From the IMG/VR virus record IMGVR_UViG_3300010389_002125, positions 3,254 through 67,253 of that record: a DNA stretch of 64,000 nucleotides; one strand, written 5' to 3'. The notes beneath the pieces are model-generated. The model saw only the letters and a program-made list of their open reading frames with translations, did no database searches and was not told the DNA's origin. Positions 10,633 through 19,684 of the stretch are shown in pieces (the first letter of the stretch is position 1; every line of letters begins with the position of its first letter). The position numbers were made by a program, and so were the translations under genes. The stretch comes from a virus.

Positions 10633-12714
10633 ATGGCTATTATTAGGAAAAGAATAGAAAATTTAAAAGCTGGTAAAGATTATATTTTAAGTGTTCAGGC
10701 AAAAAATTCAGACTTAAACACAGCTAATGATCCGCTAGCTGCCATTAGATTTACAGTTCCCAGAGATGGAACCGTCCCTGCCGATATTCAAAATCTTCAA
10801 TTACGTGCATCTTATGAAAATGTTATGTTTGTTTTTGATTTTGGTCAGGAAGAAGATATATCACACTATGCTTATGAGTTGTATAATGCTAATGAAGCTA
10901 CTGAAGCTAATTTAGTTTCTGCTGGCATAAATCCAGCTAATGTTTTTACGGTATCTGTAGCCAACAGTTCTCAGGTAGCAGGTCAGTCACCAGTTTGGAG
11001 AGATTATTGGGGTAGGGTAAAAGCTATTGATACATCTGGGAATGAAAGTAATTGGACTCCTCTGATTCAGACTGATGAAAGTACTCCTCTTATTGATGAG
11101 CAATTTATAAGTAGCCTCACTGCAAGCAAAATAACTGCAGGAACAATTGGGGCTCATACTATAACTTTAAATGGTGCAAATTCTATATTGCAATCTTCTA
11201 ATTTTTCTACAGGTTCTACTGGTTGGCAAATTAAGGGTGATGGAACAGCGGAGTTTGATTCTCAGTATATTAGAGGCAACCTTGATGCAGGTAGTGTGAC
11301 AATAGGGGGTGGAACCTATAATTACTGGAATAAAACGGGGGCAGAAAATGATTTCAGAGTCGGTGATGACTCAACTTACGTACTATGGGATAATAGTGCT
11401 GGAACGTTAACTGTTGCTGGTGATGTATCAATTAGTGGTACTCTTAATTCCGCTGACGGAACATTTACCGGGACACTTAGCGCTGTAGATGGCACTTTCT
11501 CCGGAACACTTTCTGGAGTAGGTGGAACGTTTACGAGTAATGTAGTTGTCGGTGAACATCCAACTAATAAGATAACTATAGCATCAGATGCAACTGATAC
11601 TGGAACAAAAATATATGCGGGTGTAGGGACTTATAATAATTCAAATACAGGTTTTTACATTGATGCAAGTGGACAGTTTTCATTGGGAAATAAATTAGCT
11701 TTTGATCAAGCTTCAGGCTTACTTAATTTGAATGGTACTCCATCTGGTGCGTCTTCTGATTTAATTATAGAAGGAGCTATAATTAGAACGGTTCAAGATG
11801 TAGACGATGTTGGATCTACATCGGATGGCGTTGTCTTGACAGAGAATGACATATTTTTATATAGCAGGACTACTGATGAGTCTGCAATTAAATTTCAGGG
11901 AAGTACAAATAATATAGCTAAAATAATATCTGAAATTAAAGGAATACAACTAAGCGCAACAAATTCTCAAGGTTCACCTAAGTTCCAAATTGGTACCGAC
12001 AATACATCAACTGAGAATTATCTCATGTATAAGTGGTATGGGTATAGTGGCGCTGAGGCAATGACTTTATATCGAAATGGTTCTTCTAATCCAAATATTT
12101 TAGATATAAAAAATAACACATCTCAAATAAAAGTTGGCAGCATTCAACTTAAGAATGAAGGTACTGCTTCAGATTTATCCATCAATTGGGATGAAGACAC
12201 AGATAGCGGTATTTATAGGTATAACCCTGGGGATAGTAGTACTGGTGTTTCTTTAGTTGCTCAAGGAATACAAACACTTTTCGCAGCGTCTTTTGTTGGA
12301 AGTAGTGATTCTTTTGTTTACATGAATACACCTACTACAACGACTACATCTGGATATAGTTTTCTATTACGCAGTAATACGTATGGAACGATATCTAATT
12401 ATACATCTTCTAGAGATTTGAAAGAAAACATAACTGAAGTTACTGATGTTGGATCTTTTTTTGATGAGGTCAAACCAGTAACATTTGTCCCGAAGGCTCC
12501 AGAAAATGAAACGGAAGATAATAAAACCCTAAGATTGGCTGACATTCAGCACGGTTTTATAGCAGAAGATATAGCTGAAATATTTGATGGAAGGTTGGCT
12601 ACTTATGATGCAGACCTGAATCCAAATGGGTGGAGATGGCCAGATATGGTAGCTGTTTGTGTTGCTGAGATAAAGAGTTTGCGTAAACGAGTTGCGCAGC
12701 TAGAATCGCTATGA
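10633..12714 (+). CDS. Tail fibre/spike protein with N-terminal FnIII-like domains and C-terminal intramolecular chaperone (peptidase S74)
   Basis: YWGRVKAIDTSGNESNW (FnIII), SLTASKITAGTI and GWQIKGDGTAEF (central-fibre-like), 11-aa GTLxxxxGTF repeats, S74 signature SSRDLKENI...HGFIAEDI...terminal coiled coil. Confidence 0.8.
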   Translation: MAIIRKRIENLKAGKDYILSVQAKNSDLNTANDPLAAIRFTVPRDGTVPADIQNLQLRASYENVMFVFDFGQEEDISHYAYELYNANEATEANLVSAGINPANVFTVSVANSSQVAGQSPVWRDYWGRVKAIDTSGNESNWTPLIQTDESTPLIDEQFISSLTASKITAGTIGAHTITLNGANSILQSSNFSTGSTGWQIKGDGTAEFDSQYIRGNLDAGSVTIGGGTYNYWNKTGAENDFRVGDDSTYVLWDNSAGTLTVAGDVSISGTLNSADGTFTGTLSAVDGTFSGTLSGVGGTFTSNVVVGEHPTNKITIASDATDTGTKIYAGVGTYNNSNTGFYIDASGQFSLGNKLAFDQASGLLNLNGTPSGASSDLIIEGAIIRTVQDVDDVGSTSDGVVLTENDIFLYSRTTDESAIKFQGSTNNIAKIISEIKGIQLSATNSQGSPKFQIGTDNTSTENYLMYKWYGYSGAEAMTLYRNGSSNPNILDIKNNTSQIKVGSIQLKNEGTASDLSINWDEDTDSGIYRYNPGDSSTGVSLVAQGIQTLFAASFVGSSDSFVYMNTPTTTTTSGYSFLLRSNTYGTISNYTSSRDLKENITEVTDVGSFFDEVKPVTFVPKAPENETEDNKTLRLADIQHGFIAEDIAEIFDGRLATYDADLNPNGWRWPDMVAVCVAEIKSLRKRVAQLESL

Positions 12715-12720
12715 TAAAAT
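12692..12720 (+). promoter_or_regulatory. sigmaA/sigma70-like promoter upstream of two small ORFs
   Basis: TTGCGC (12692-12697), 17-bp spacer, TG-A-TAAAAT extended -10 (12712-12720). Confidence 0.55.
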
Positions 12721-12744
12721 CACATTTCTAGTAAGGAGTAAGAT

Positions 12745-12921
12745 ATGAATGATTTAGATGTCAATATATTAATTCAAGTTTTTAATGAAAAAATATCGTC
12801 TTTAATGACAGAGATAGTGGTAAAAGATGCGACTATACGTCAGTTATCTTCTCAAATTGAAGCGACCCAAGCAGAGCATGTAAAAACTGAAGTAAAGAAA
12901 AAAGAAGAAGATTTTAAGTGA
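12745..12921 (+). CDS. 58-aa small coiled-coil protein (below the ORF-track cutoff)
   Basis: Strong SD TAAGGAG, ATG at 12745, MNDLDVNILIQVFNEKISSLMTEIVVKDATIRQLSSQIEA...FK, TGA 12919-12921. Confidence 0.75.
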   Translation: MNDLDVNILIQVFNEKISSLMTEIVVKDATIRQLSSQIEATQAEHVKTEVKKKEEDFK

Positions 12922-12928
12922 GGTTATA

Positions 12929-13138
12929 ATGTCAGAGAATAATGAAATAGATACTACAGATTTGTCAGAAACACCTGAGGTAAAGACTGAGTTTTCAATA
13001 GAGATTAATATCTCTAACGCAAATCTTTCGTATAGAAGTGATTTCCCAGAAGGTGAAACAGTTTTCTGGTTGGAGTCTGTAAAGAATTTAATTATAAAGA
13101 ACACTTTTGAAAACAACAATATCGCAGAACAAGCGTAA
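12929..13138 (+). CDS. 69-aa acidic hypothetical protein
   Basis: GAGG SD; fills the gap before the portal in the operon direction. Confidence 0.7.
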   Translation: MSENNEIDTTDLSETPEVKTEFSIEINISNANLSYRSDFPEGETVFWLESVKNLIIKNTFENNNIAEQA

Positions 13139-13148
13139 GTTGTAAAGG

Positions 13149-13167
13149 TATAAAAAATAACTACTAT
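13149..13167 (+). promoter_or_regulatory. Putative late promoter (TATAA-N8-TACTAT) for portal
   Basis: Same core motif recurs 29-50 nt upstream of six other structural starts. Confidence 0.5.
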
Positions 13168-13196
13168 TATACCTAGTTCTATTATTGGAGATTTAA

Positions 13197-14837
13197 ATGG
13201 CCGTACGTGACTACCTGCCATTCAGGCAATTAGATACAAAATCAACAAGTTCCTTGGAGGCTACTACATTAAGTGATGATCAAATTAGGTCAGTCAACAA
13301 GATAATGAAAGTAGCGGCTCTGGCTCTTGGTTATCAAGGTACAACGTACTACTATAATAATAGGACTAATTTTGAGCCATCTCCTTATAATTTTGATAGG
13401 ATTATACAGGCTGTAGATACTGACTCTTATGTTAAGCAAGCTGTCACTAAGTATAAAGAGTTATTCTGGAAAGAAGGATGGCAAATAGTAGGAGAAAATC
13501 CAGAAGCAGTTGAGTATCTATATCAAAGAATAGACTTTATGGAAATGGCTATGAAAAGACCATTTCTTGAATTTTTAATAGAAGTATCAGATCAGCTTTT
13601 AAAATTTGCTAATGCCTTTGTTGTTAAAGCACGTGGAGATTTAACAGGATATTTTCCTTCTTCTATATCTGCAATTAATGCTAGTGATACTTTAGTCGGA
13701 TATTATCTTATTCCAACAGAGCAAGTAAAGATACTTAGAGATAAGTATAATAAGCCAAAGTCCTATCAGCAGTCTACTGATCCATTGACCTATGCGCCTA
13801 CTGAGAAGGATCCTGTTTGGTCTGCAGACAGGGTTATTCATATGCACTTTGATAAGAAGCCAGGTAGAGCTTTTGGAACACCATTCTTATCGAATGTTTT
13901 AGATGATGTTGTTGCTCTTAGGCAAATGGAAGAGGATATTCAAAATCTTGTCCATAGGGAATTGTTTCCTTTATATAAGTATAGGATAGGGACGCCAGAG
14001 CAGCCAGCAGAACCAGATGAAATTCTAAAGGCGGCTTCAGAAATAGAAAGTATGAGAACAGAAGGTGGCTTAATACTTCCTCATCGTCATGATATAGATA
14101 TTGTAGGATCTAATAATCAGGCACTAGATGCAAGTGCATACATAGATCACTTTAAAGAAAGAGTTGCTGTCGGTTTAGGTGTTGCTCCTCATCATTTAGG
14201 AATGATGATGAATGGGGGTAATAGATCAGTTACCGAAAGACTTGATACAGCTTTGTATGACAAAGTCAAACAATATCAGAAAATATTTGCAGAGATAGTA
14301 AGAGTTCATATATTTAATGAGTTGCTACTAGAGGGTGGATTTGATCCAATAGCTACGCCATATAGTGATGGAACATCTGATAGATGTTATTTTAAGTTTA
14401 ATGAGATAGATGTTGACACTCAAGTTAAGAAAGAAACTCATGTTATACAGAAGTATGTAAATTCTGTGATAACTCTTTCTGAAGCAAGAACTCAGCTAGG
14501 TGTTGATCCAGAAGCTGATATGGATGGGCTATTTCAAAGTATTCAGGCTGATACTCAAATGAAAATTCAACAGGCTCAGATGTCTATTAAGTCTGGAACA
14601 GATGTGCAGAGAGATGGAGATAAGCAGCAGTCAGCTAGTTCTGGTCAAAGAAATTTACCAAATAACAGAAGAGGTGTTGGCAATGCAGTCCGTCCTGCTA
14701 ATCAGCAGGGTAGAAGAACTTCTCCTGATATTAAAAGGGCAGATAGCAATCTTTTGAGCACTGTTGAAAGTTTGCTGGATGAAGAGTATAATATAGTTTA
14801 TATTGATGAAAAAAATGAGGAAAGTGAAAATAAATGA
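13197..14837 (+). CDS. Portal protein
   Basis: Size and position; QLLKFANAFVVK, RVIHMHFDK...AFGTPFL, VAVGLGVAPHHLG, ITLSEARTQLG are portal-like patterns. Confidence 0.88.
   Translation: MAVRDYLPFRQLDTKSTSSLEATTLSDDQIRSVNKIMKVAALALGYQGTTYYYNNRTNFEPSPYNFDRIIQAVDTDSYVKQAVTKYKELFWKEGWQIVGENPEAVEYLYQRIDFMEMAMKRPFLEFLIEVSDQLLKFANAFVVKARGDLTGYFPSSISAINASDTLVGYYLIPTEQVKILRDKYNKPKSYQQSTDPLTYAPTEKDPVWSADRVIHMHFDKKPGRAFGTPFLSNVLDDVVALRQMEEDIQNLVHRELFPLYKYRIGTPEQPAEPDEILKAASEIESMRTEGGLILPHRHDIDIVGSNNQALDASAYIDHFKERVAVGLGVAPHHLGMMMNGGNRSVTERLDTALYDKVKQYQKIFAEIVRVHIFNELLLEGGFDPIATPYSDGTSDRCYFKFNEIDVDTQVKKETHVIQKYVNSVITLSEARTQLGVDPEADMDGLFQSIQADTQMKIQQAQMSIKSGTDVQRDGDKQQSASSGQRNLPNNRRGVGNAVRPANQQGRRTSPDIKRADSNLLSTVESLLDEEYNIVYIDEKNEESENK
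14764..14792 (+). promoter_or_regulatory. sigmaA/sigma70-like promoter inside the portal 3' end, upstream of the 105-aa ORF and glycosyltransferase
   Basis: TTGAAA (14764-14769), 17-bp spacer, TATAAT (14787-14792). Confidence 0.55.
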
Positions 14838-15151
14838 AGATTAAGTTAACGAATGAGGCTCATGTATCCTATGCCAGGACTGACGATGCCTGCGAAGCTT
14901 TTAAAAAAGCTGTAGTAAACGGTCAGGCAAGACTAGCTCTTGAGATGATGGTTGATATAGTTGATTATATATCATCTTTAGGTGATTCAGAAGTAAAAGA
15001 TGAGACTGTGTCTGAGTCGCAGACTATTACAGCAAGTGAAGCTGTAAAAGAAGTAGAGCAAAAGCAAGCAACTAAAACTACTGCAAGAAAGCAAGCTGCA
15101 GCTAAGTCAAATCAACAAAAAGACGAGCAAAGTGGTCAAGAAGAAGAGTGA
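14834..15151 (+). CDS. 105-aa hypothetical protein with low-complexity K/Q/E tail
   Basis: ATGA overlap with the portal stop and GTGA overlap with the downstream GT start. Confidence 0.7.
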   Translation: MKIKLTNEAHVSYARTDDACEAFKKAVVNGQARLALEMMVDIVDYISSLGDSEVKDETVSESQTITASEAVKEVEQKQATKTTARKQAAAKSNQQKDEQSGQEEE

Positions 15152-15915
15152 AGCTTGTAATAGGTTGCCCAGTTTATAAAAGAGACTGGATTCTTCCACT
15201 GTGGATAAAGTATGTTAAGTCACAGGGTTTAAATTTTAAAGATGTAGGTTTTGTTTTTGAGGTTTCTCCTGATGATGAAAAAACTGTTTCTATCCTAAAG
15301 CAGTGGCGCGATGCAGATAAAAGCTTAGGGCTTTTTGATATCAATACAAGAGATGATATAGCTCATTTCTCACACAGAGACAATGGAAGGCAATGGACTC
15401 TTTCCAAGTATGAAAATATGGTTTCTTTGAGAAACTCTATCCTTAATAGGGTTAGGGAAATATCTCCAGACTATTACTTTAGTCTTGATTCAGACATCAT
15501 ATTAACTAATCCAAATACTATAAGATTGTTAACATCGCATATTGATGATGGCGCTAATGCTGTTAGTCCGTTGATGTTTATGACTCCAGTTGGTACAAAG
15601 TATCCAAGTGTTATGACTTGGAGAAAAGATGATCCAAACAGGGCATATAGAGAGTCTGATTATCCATTGGGAACTTATTTCAAATCTGACGTTATCATGG
15701 CAGCTAAAATGATGAGTAAAGACGTTTATGAAAATGTAGATTACTCAGTTCATAGGCAGGGTGAAGATGTTGGCTGGTCACTTTCTTGTAGGGAAAAAGG
15801 CTTTTCCCTGTACTCAGCTTCCTACATATATTCGGTACATGTGATGTCAGAGTTGGCATTAGAAGATATATCCAAAAATGGTGACACTAGAGAAAGAGTT
15901 CTTCAATCAATATAA
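15148..15915 (+). CDS. GT-A fold (GT2-like) glycosyltransferase
   Basis: N-terminal LVIGCPVYKR strand, LRNSILN helix, YYFSLDSDII (DxD), QGEDVGW catalytic-base motif, late His (YSVHVM). Confidence 0.85.
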   Translation: MKLVIGCPVYKRDWILPLWIKYVKSQGLNFKDVGFVFEVSPDDEKTVSILKQWRDADKSLGLFDINTRDDIAHFSHRDNGRQWTLSKYENMVSLRNSILNRVREISPDYYFSLDSDIILTNPNTIRLLTSHIDDGANAVSPLMFMTPVGTKYPSVMTWRKDDPNRAYRESDYPLGTYFKSDVIMAAKMMSKDVYENVDYSVHRQGEDVGWSLSCREKGFSLYSASYIYSVHVMSELALEDISKNGDTRERVLQSI

Positions 15916-15938
15916 ATTTGTATAAATTTGTTCAATGT

Positions 15939-15958
15939 TATAAAAACAAATTTACTAT
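15939..15958 (+). promoter_or_regulatory. Putative late promoter (TATAA-N9-TACTAT) for prohead protease
   Basis: TTACTAT at 15952-15958, 34 nt before the ATG; preceded by the direct repeat TATAAATTTG x2 (15911-15930). Confidence 0.5.
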
Positions 15959-15991
15959 AGTTATAGACTAAAAAGCAAAAGGTGTAATAGT

Positions 15992-17686
15992 ATGTCAATA
16001 GATTTTGTTGAAAGCTTTACTGTTCAACTCCCTGACTTTAAAGATTCGGATATAGACTTTTCTGAATCTTTTAATTCAAAGCACGGTTTGATTATTGAGG
16101 TCGCTGCCATTCATGAAGGTTTGACAGCTAACTACAATCATTACTCCGCTGAATCCCTAGAGGCAGCCTTGGAATCATGGGTTTCCCCTTACCCTAAGCC
16201 AATTATATTAAATCATGATCTAAATACAGAACCTATTGGCAGAGTTATGGCAGCCAAGATGGATAAAGAAGAAGATGGCTCTAGTTTTGTTCGACTTCAA
16301 ATAGCAATAACTGACCCAGTCGCCGCTCAAAAGGTTTTAGATAAAAGATATTTGACAGGATCTGTTGGCGGTAGAGCCGGTAAAGCGGTCTGCAGTATAA
16401 GTGGTGAAGATTTAGCTCAAGAAACAGATTCTGGTAGACCTCGCATACCTAAGTATAAGAGGGGTAAAGTTTACAAGGGTAAATTATCTTATATAGATAT
16501 GCAGGATATCTCTTTTAAAGAGTACTCTTTTGTTAATCAGCCAGCAGATCAAAAATCTGGAGTCAGAAGCACTTCTGTAAAAGATGGTTCAGCTGAAGTA
16601 GCTGATTCAGATAACTGGGTGGCGAAAAGCGCCGCTTTTGTACTTTCTATGGATACTGAAGATATTGTCTCTGTTCAGGAGAATGAGTCAATATTAAAAG
16701 GTATGAAGAAGAAAGAATCACGACCAGCTTACTTGCAGTTGAAAGGCGCGTTCTTAACCGCACTTGCTGCACAAGAGATGGAAAGTGACATTAGTAAGGA
16801 TGATTCATTACTATCTTATGAAGATTCCGAAAAAGTAAAATCTGAGGAGAATTCTATAATGGATGATGTTACCAAAGAAGAAGACATCTTAGCTGTGGCT
16901 ACTGGTCTCAGTGAAGATTTGTCTAGCATCACATCTTCCACTTCCGAACAGGATAGCGTGGAAGAGTCCCAGGATGCTGAAGCTGAGATGGGTGAATCAG
17001 AAGAAGAAGCTGTTGAGGCAGATTCTGAAGTTTCTGAGGAAACATCTGAAGAAGAGTCTCAAGCCACTACCGAAGAAGAGGTAGAGCAGGCTGAAGAGGC
17101 CAAAGAAGATTCTACTGACGATTCAGAAGAGGCGGATGTACAAGTTGTAGATTCCGAAAATGCTGGAGAGCCAGAAGAGGCATCGTCTGAGACTGTTGAA
17201 GTCGAAGATGATGAAGTTCAAGAAGAAGTTGCTCAAGACAGTGATCTCACCACAAACGAAAGTAGTGATGAGCAGGATATTGAGCAGTTGAAGGCTCAAG
17301 TCGCCCTTCTTGAAGAGCAATTCTCAACAGTAAAAGCTGAGAATGCAAAGCTCAAAGGCGCGTTACATATGACTCTTGTTGAAAGAGTTGTTGATACAAA
17401 GATCGCTTTGGGTATTGAGAGTATTGAGGATCGTGAGTCGTTGATTGGTGAGCATTCATCACGTACAGCTTCTTCACTGGCAGATAGTCTTAGAGATTTA
17501 GCTAAGACCCCTGCTGCTAGATCTACAGTACCTTCGTTGCCTGAAGTTATGTCTGAAGCTGAAGTTGTAGCTGAAGATAATGTTCTTACTATCGACTCTG
17601 ACGCAGTTCATGAAGAGCAACTCTCACCGCAAGAGCAGTTTGAGCAGCTTTTTGTTGACACGCTTATGGGTAGACGTAAACTCTGA
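15992..17686 (+). CDS. Prohead protease (HK97/herpes-type fold) fused to an acidic scaffold domain
   Basis: PIILNHD...PIGRV (His), YLTGSVGG (Ser), EYSFVNQPAD; C-terminal half very Glu/Asp-rich with coiled coil. Confidence 0.85.
   Translation: MSIDFVESFTVQLPDFKDSDIDFSESFNSKHGLIIEVAAIHEGLTANYNHYSAESLEAALESWVSPYPKPIILNHDLNTEPIGRVMAAKMDKEEDGSSFVRLQIAITDPVAAQKVLDKRYLTGSVGGRAGKAVCSISGEDLAQETDSGRPRIPKYKRGKVYKGKLSYIDMQDISFKEYSFVNQPADQKSGVRSTSVKDGSAEVADSDNWVAKSAAFVLSMDTEDIVSVQENESILKGMKKKESRPAYLQLKGAFLTALAAQEMESDISKDDSLLSYEDSEKVKSEENSIMDDVTKEEDILAVATGLSEDLSSITSSTSEQDSVEESQDAEAEMGESEEEAVEADSEVSEETSEEESQATTEEEVEQAEEAKEDSTDDSEEADVQVVDSENAGEPEEASSETVEVEDDEVQEEVAQDSDLTTNESSDEQDIEQLKAQVALLEEQFSTVKAENAKLKGALHMTLVERVVDTKIALGIESIEDRESLIGEHSSRTASSLADSLRDLAKTPAARSTVPSLPEVMSEAEVVAEDNVLTIDSDAVHEEQLSPQEQFEQLFVDTLMGRRKL
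16859..17686 (+). CDS. Nested in-frame scaffolding protein (275 aa) from an internal start
   Basis: GAGGAG SD at 16844-16849, in-frame ATG at 16859, TTACTAT at 16808-16814; start lies at the protease/acidic-domain boundary. Confidence 0.65.
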   Translation: MDDVTKEEDILAVATGLSEDLSSITSSTSEQDSVEESQDAEAEMGESEEEAVEADSEVSEETSEEESQATTEEEVEQAEEAKEDSTDDSEEADVQVVDSENAGEPEEASSETVEVEDDEVQEEVAQDSDLTTNESSDEQDIEQLKAQVALLEEQFSTVKAENAKLKGALHMTLVERVVDTKIALGIESIEDRESLIGEHSSRTASSLADSLRDLAKTPAARSTVPSLPEVMSEAEVVAEDNVLTIDSDAVHEEQLSPQEQFEQLFVDTLMGRRKL

Positions 17687-17705
17687 TTATCATAAGGAGA
17701 AATAA

Positions 17706-18458
17706 ATGAGTTTAGCAAAATTTCGTAAGGTACATAGCAAGACCGGTGCAGGTCGTTTCGTAGTTTCTGAGGGCATTGCTCCCAGCGCCTACCTACTTCC
17801 CGATCAGGGTCTTCCTACATGGTACTACGACAGTGAGGATGATCGCTTTGAGATCGTCGTCACTAAGGGTACCATACTTTCAGTCGTTGCCGATTCAAAC
17901 GGCGATGCAAGAATCGTTCCCGCTAATGGTACAGGTTCATCTGTAACTTGGGGCGATACAATGAGCGGTTGGGATCCACTTGATGGTGCTACTCCCAGCA
18001 GCACAACTGGGTCAACCGACACTGTGACAGTTGCCGCAGGGTCAGTTCCAATTGGCGCCGCTCAGTATGATCTCTACAGACCTTTTGATAAGGGCACATC
18101 GCAAGGTGCTGGCTTTATCACTCATGGTTACGTAGAGTATCCGATGGTTGATGGCCTTAACAATGACCTTGCAGTCGGTGACTTAATCCGCGCCGACCAC
18201 ATGGGTCGTCCTGTTGCATTTGATGCCTCCTCAGAGGCAGCTTATTTGCAGGTTGGTAAGGTTATCGAGGTCGAGAAGTTCGCTACGAATTTCGATGATG
18301 GCCTTCTCAGCTATATGCAGCTCCCATCTGATCCAGGTGCACTAAAGACTGTCTACGAGCTTACTCGTGATGGCGATTATAAGGGCAAGCTCGGTATTAG
18401 AGCAAACCTGGATGTTAATAACGTTGTTGGTGCATTCCGTGCCAACTTAACACTCTGA
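17706..18458 (+). CDS. Capsid cement/decoration protein
   Basis: Between scaffold and MCP; strong SD TAAGGAG; LAVGDLIRADHMGRPV...QVGKVI resembles beta-tulip cement proteins; codon bias like the MCP. Confidence 0.7.
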   Translation: MSLAKFRKVHSKTGAGRFVVSEGIAPSAYLLPDQGLPTWYYDSEDDRFEIVVTKGTILSVVADSNGDARIVPANGTGSSVTWGDTMSGWDPLDGATPSSTTGSTDTVTVAAGSVPIGAAQYDLYRPFDKGTSQGAGFITHGYVEYPMVDGLNNDLAVGDLIRADHMGRPVAFDASSEAAYLQVGKVIEVEKFATNFDDGLLSYMQLPSDPGALKTVYELTRDGDYKGKLGIRANLDVNNVVGAFRANLTL

Positions 18459-18491
18459 TAAAAATATTTACACAGGAGGAAAAATCCTAAG

Positions 18492-19550
18492 ATGAGTAAG
18501 ACAATCCAAGAGCTCCTCTCGGGTCTCCCAGCTTGGGAGGCTGCATTGACTGAGGACGGACACATCGATGAAGAGAATAGAGTAACAATTAAGGAAGCAT
18601 TTGCATCTCCTGATGCAGCTGCGTTGTTCCCTAAGGTTCTCTCTCGCACGCTGAGGGAAGCAGCTGAGCCACAACTACTTGTGACTCCTCTACTTTCCAC
18701 AGTTCGCCTCGGCAAGGGGCGCTCATTGGAGTTTCCAGCAGTCAACGCAATCCAAGCTGCCGAAATCCCTGAGGGTCAAGAGTACCCAGAGCAAGCACTC
18801 GCCTTCGCAAAGCAGGTAGAGGGCAAGGTCTCAAAGAAGGGCGTAAAGCTCGCCTTCACTGAAGAAGTCGTTGCTGACTCTCTTTGGGACATTGTTGGTC
18901 TACATGTCCGCGCCGCAGGCCGTGCTATGGCTCGACTCAAAGAGCAGATCGCTCTAAGCCGTTTCAAGGATGCAGCTACAGTCGTCTTCGATAATGACGA
19001 CGCCGGTTATGACAACACTTCAGGTCTCGATATTGATGGCGCAGCCAACGATACTGTTACCTGGGATGATATCATCGACATGGCTGCTGTTCTTATGGCT
19101 GAAAATCACATCCCAACAGACTTCATGCTTCACCCCTTGATGTGGTCGGTGTTCCTCAAGGACGCCATTTTCCACGCTGGTGGTGCTGCCTCTGGTGTCA
19201 ATCAGAGCTGGGGTTACCGTCCACAGTCAGCTGAGGGCGCACTCAATACAACAGCTCCAATGGGTCTGAACGTAATTGTTTCACCATTCGTAAGCTTCAC
19301 TGCTAAGAATGGCGCAACACCTGCTAAGTCAGACCTATTCCTCATTGACCGCAATGAGGTTGGGACACTCCTGGTTAAGGATGACATGAGCACAGATCAG
19401 TTTGATGATCCTACACGTGACATTCGCTCACTCAAGATGAAAGAGCGCTATGACATCATCATGCTCGGTGACGGTGAGGGTATCACTGTTGCTAAGAATG
19501 TCAGCCTTGCACGCAACTACGAGGTTATGGTCACAAACGAGGCCACCTGA
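18492..19550 (+). CDS. Major capsid protein (HK97 fold)
   Basis: AAEIPEGQEYP E-loop, KKGVKLAFTEEVVADSLWD, RAMARLKEQ spine helix, DFMLHPLMW, LKMKERYD; AGGAGG SD; followed by a strong terminator. Confidence 0.92.
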   Translation: MSKTIQELLSGLPAWEAALTEDGHIDEENRVTIKEAFASPDAAALFPKVLSRTLREAAEPQLLVTPLLSTVRLGKGRSLEFPAVNAIQAAEIPEGQEYPEQALAFAKQVEGKVSKKGVKLAFTEEVVADSLWDIVGLHVRAAGRAMARLKEQIALSRFKDAATVVFDNDDAGYDNTSGLDIDGAANDTVTWDDIIDMAAVLMAENHIPTDFMLHPLMWSVFLKDAIFHAGGAASGVNQSWGYRPQSAEGALNTTAPMGLNVIVSPFVSFTAKNGATPAKSDLFLIDRNEVGTLLVKDDMSTDQFDDPTRDIRSLKMKERYDIIMLGDGEGITVAKNVSLARNYEVMVTNEAT

Positions 19551-19589
19551 TAAAACCTTAGGGTTGTTATAGTTACGGATACCCTATGG

Positions 19590-19630
19590 CTAGGGGGCGG
19601 TGGAGAAATCTGCCGCCCCCTAGTTCTATA
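19590..19630 (+). terminator. Intrinsic terminator after MCP
   Basis: 15-bp stem CTAGGGGGCGGTGGA-GAAA-TCTGCCGCCCCCTAG (two G-U pairs) followed by TTCTATA. Confidence 0.8.
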
Positions 19631-19644
19631 TGGGCTTTTAGTTG

Positions 19645-19651
19645 TTACTAT
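19645..19651 (+). promoter_or_regulatory. Putative late promoter core TTACTAT just after the MCP terminator
   Basis: Intergenic, 34 nt before GTG 19685. Confidence 0.5.
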
Positions 19652-19684
19652 CAATACATGCGCTATGTTTTGGAGTGTGGTTAA

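Noticed and set aside
10621-10635. In-frame TGA-TTT-TTT-ATG junction between the 350-aa gene and the fibre gene (possible read-through or slippage)
   Set aside because: One third of junctions are in frame by chance and several others here are too; no further supporting signal.
15911-15930. Direct repeat TATAAATTTG x2
   Set aside because: Only two copies, no spacers; not a CRISPR array or iteron set.
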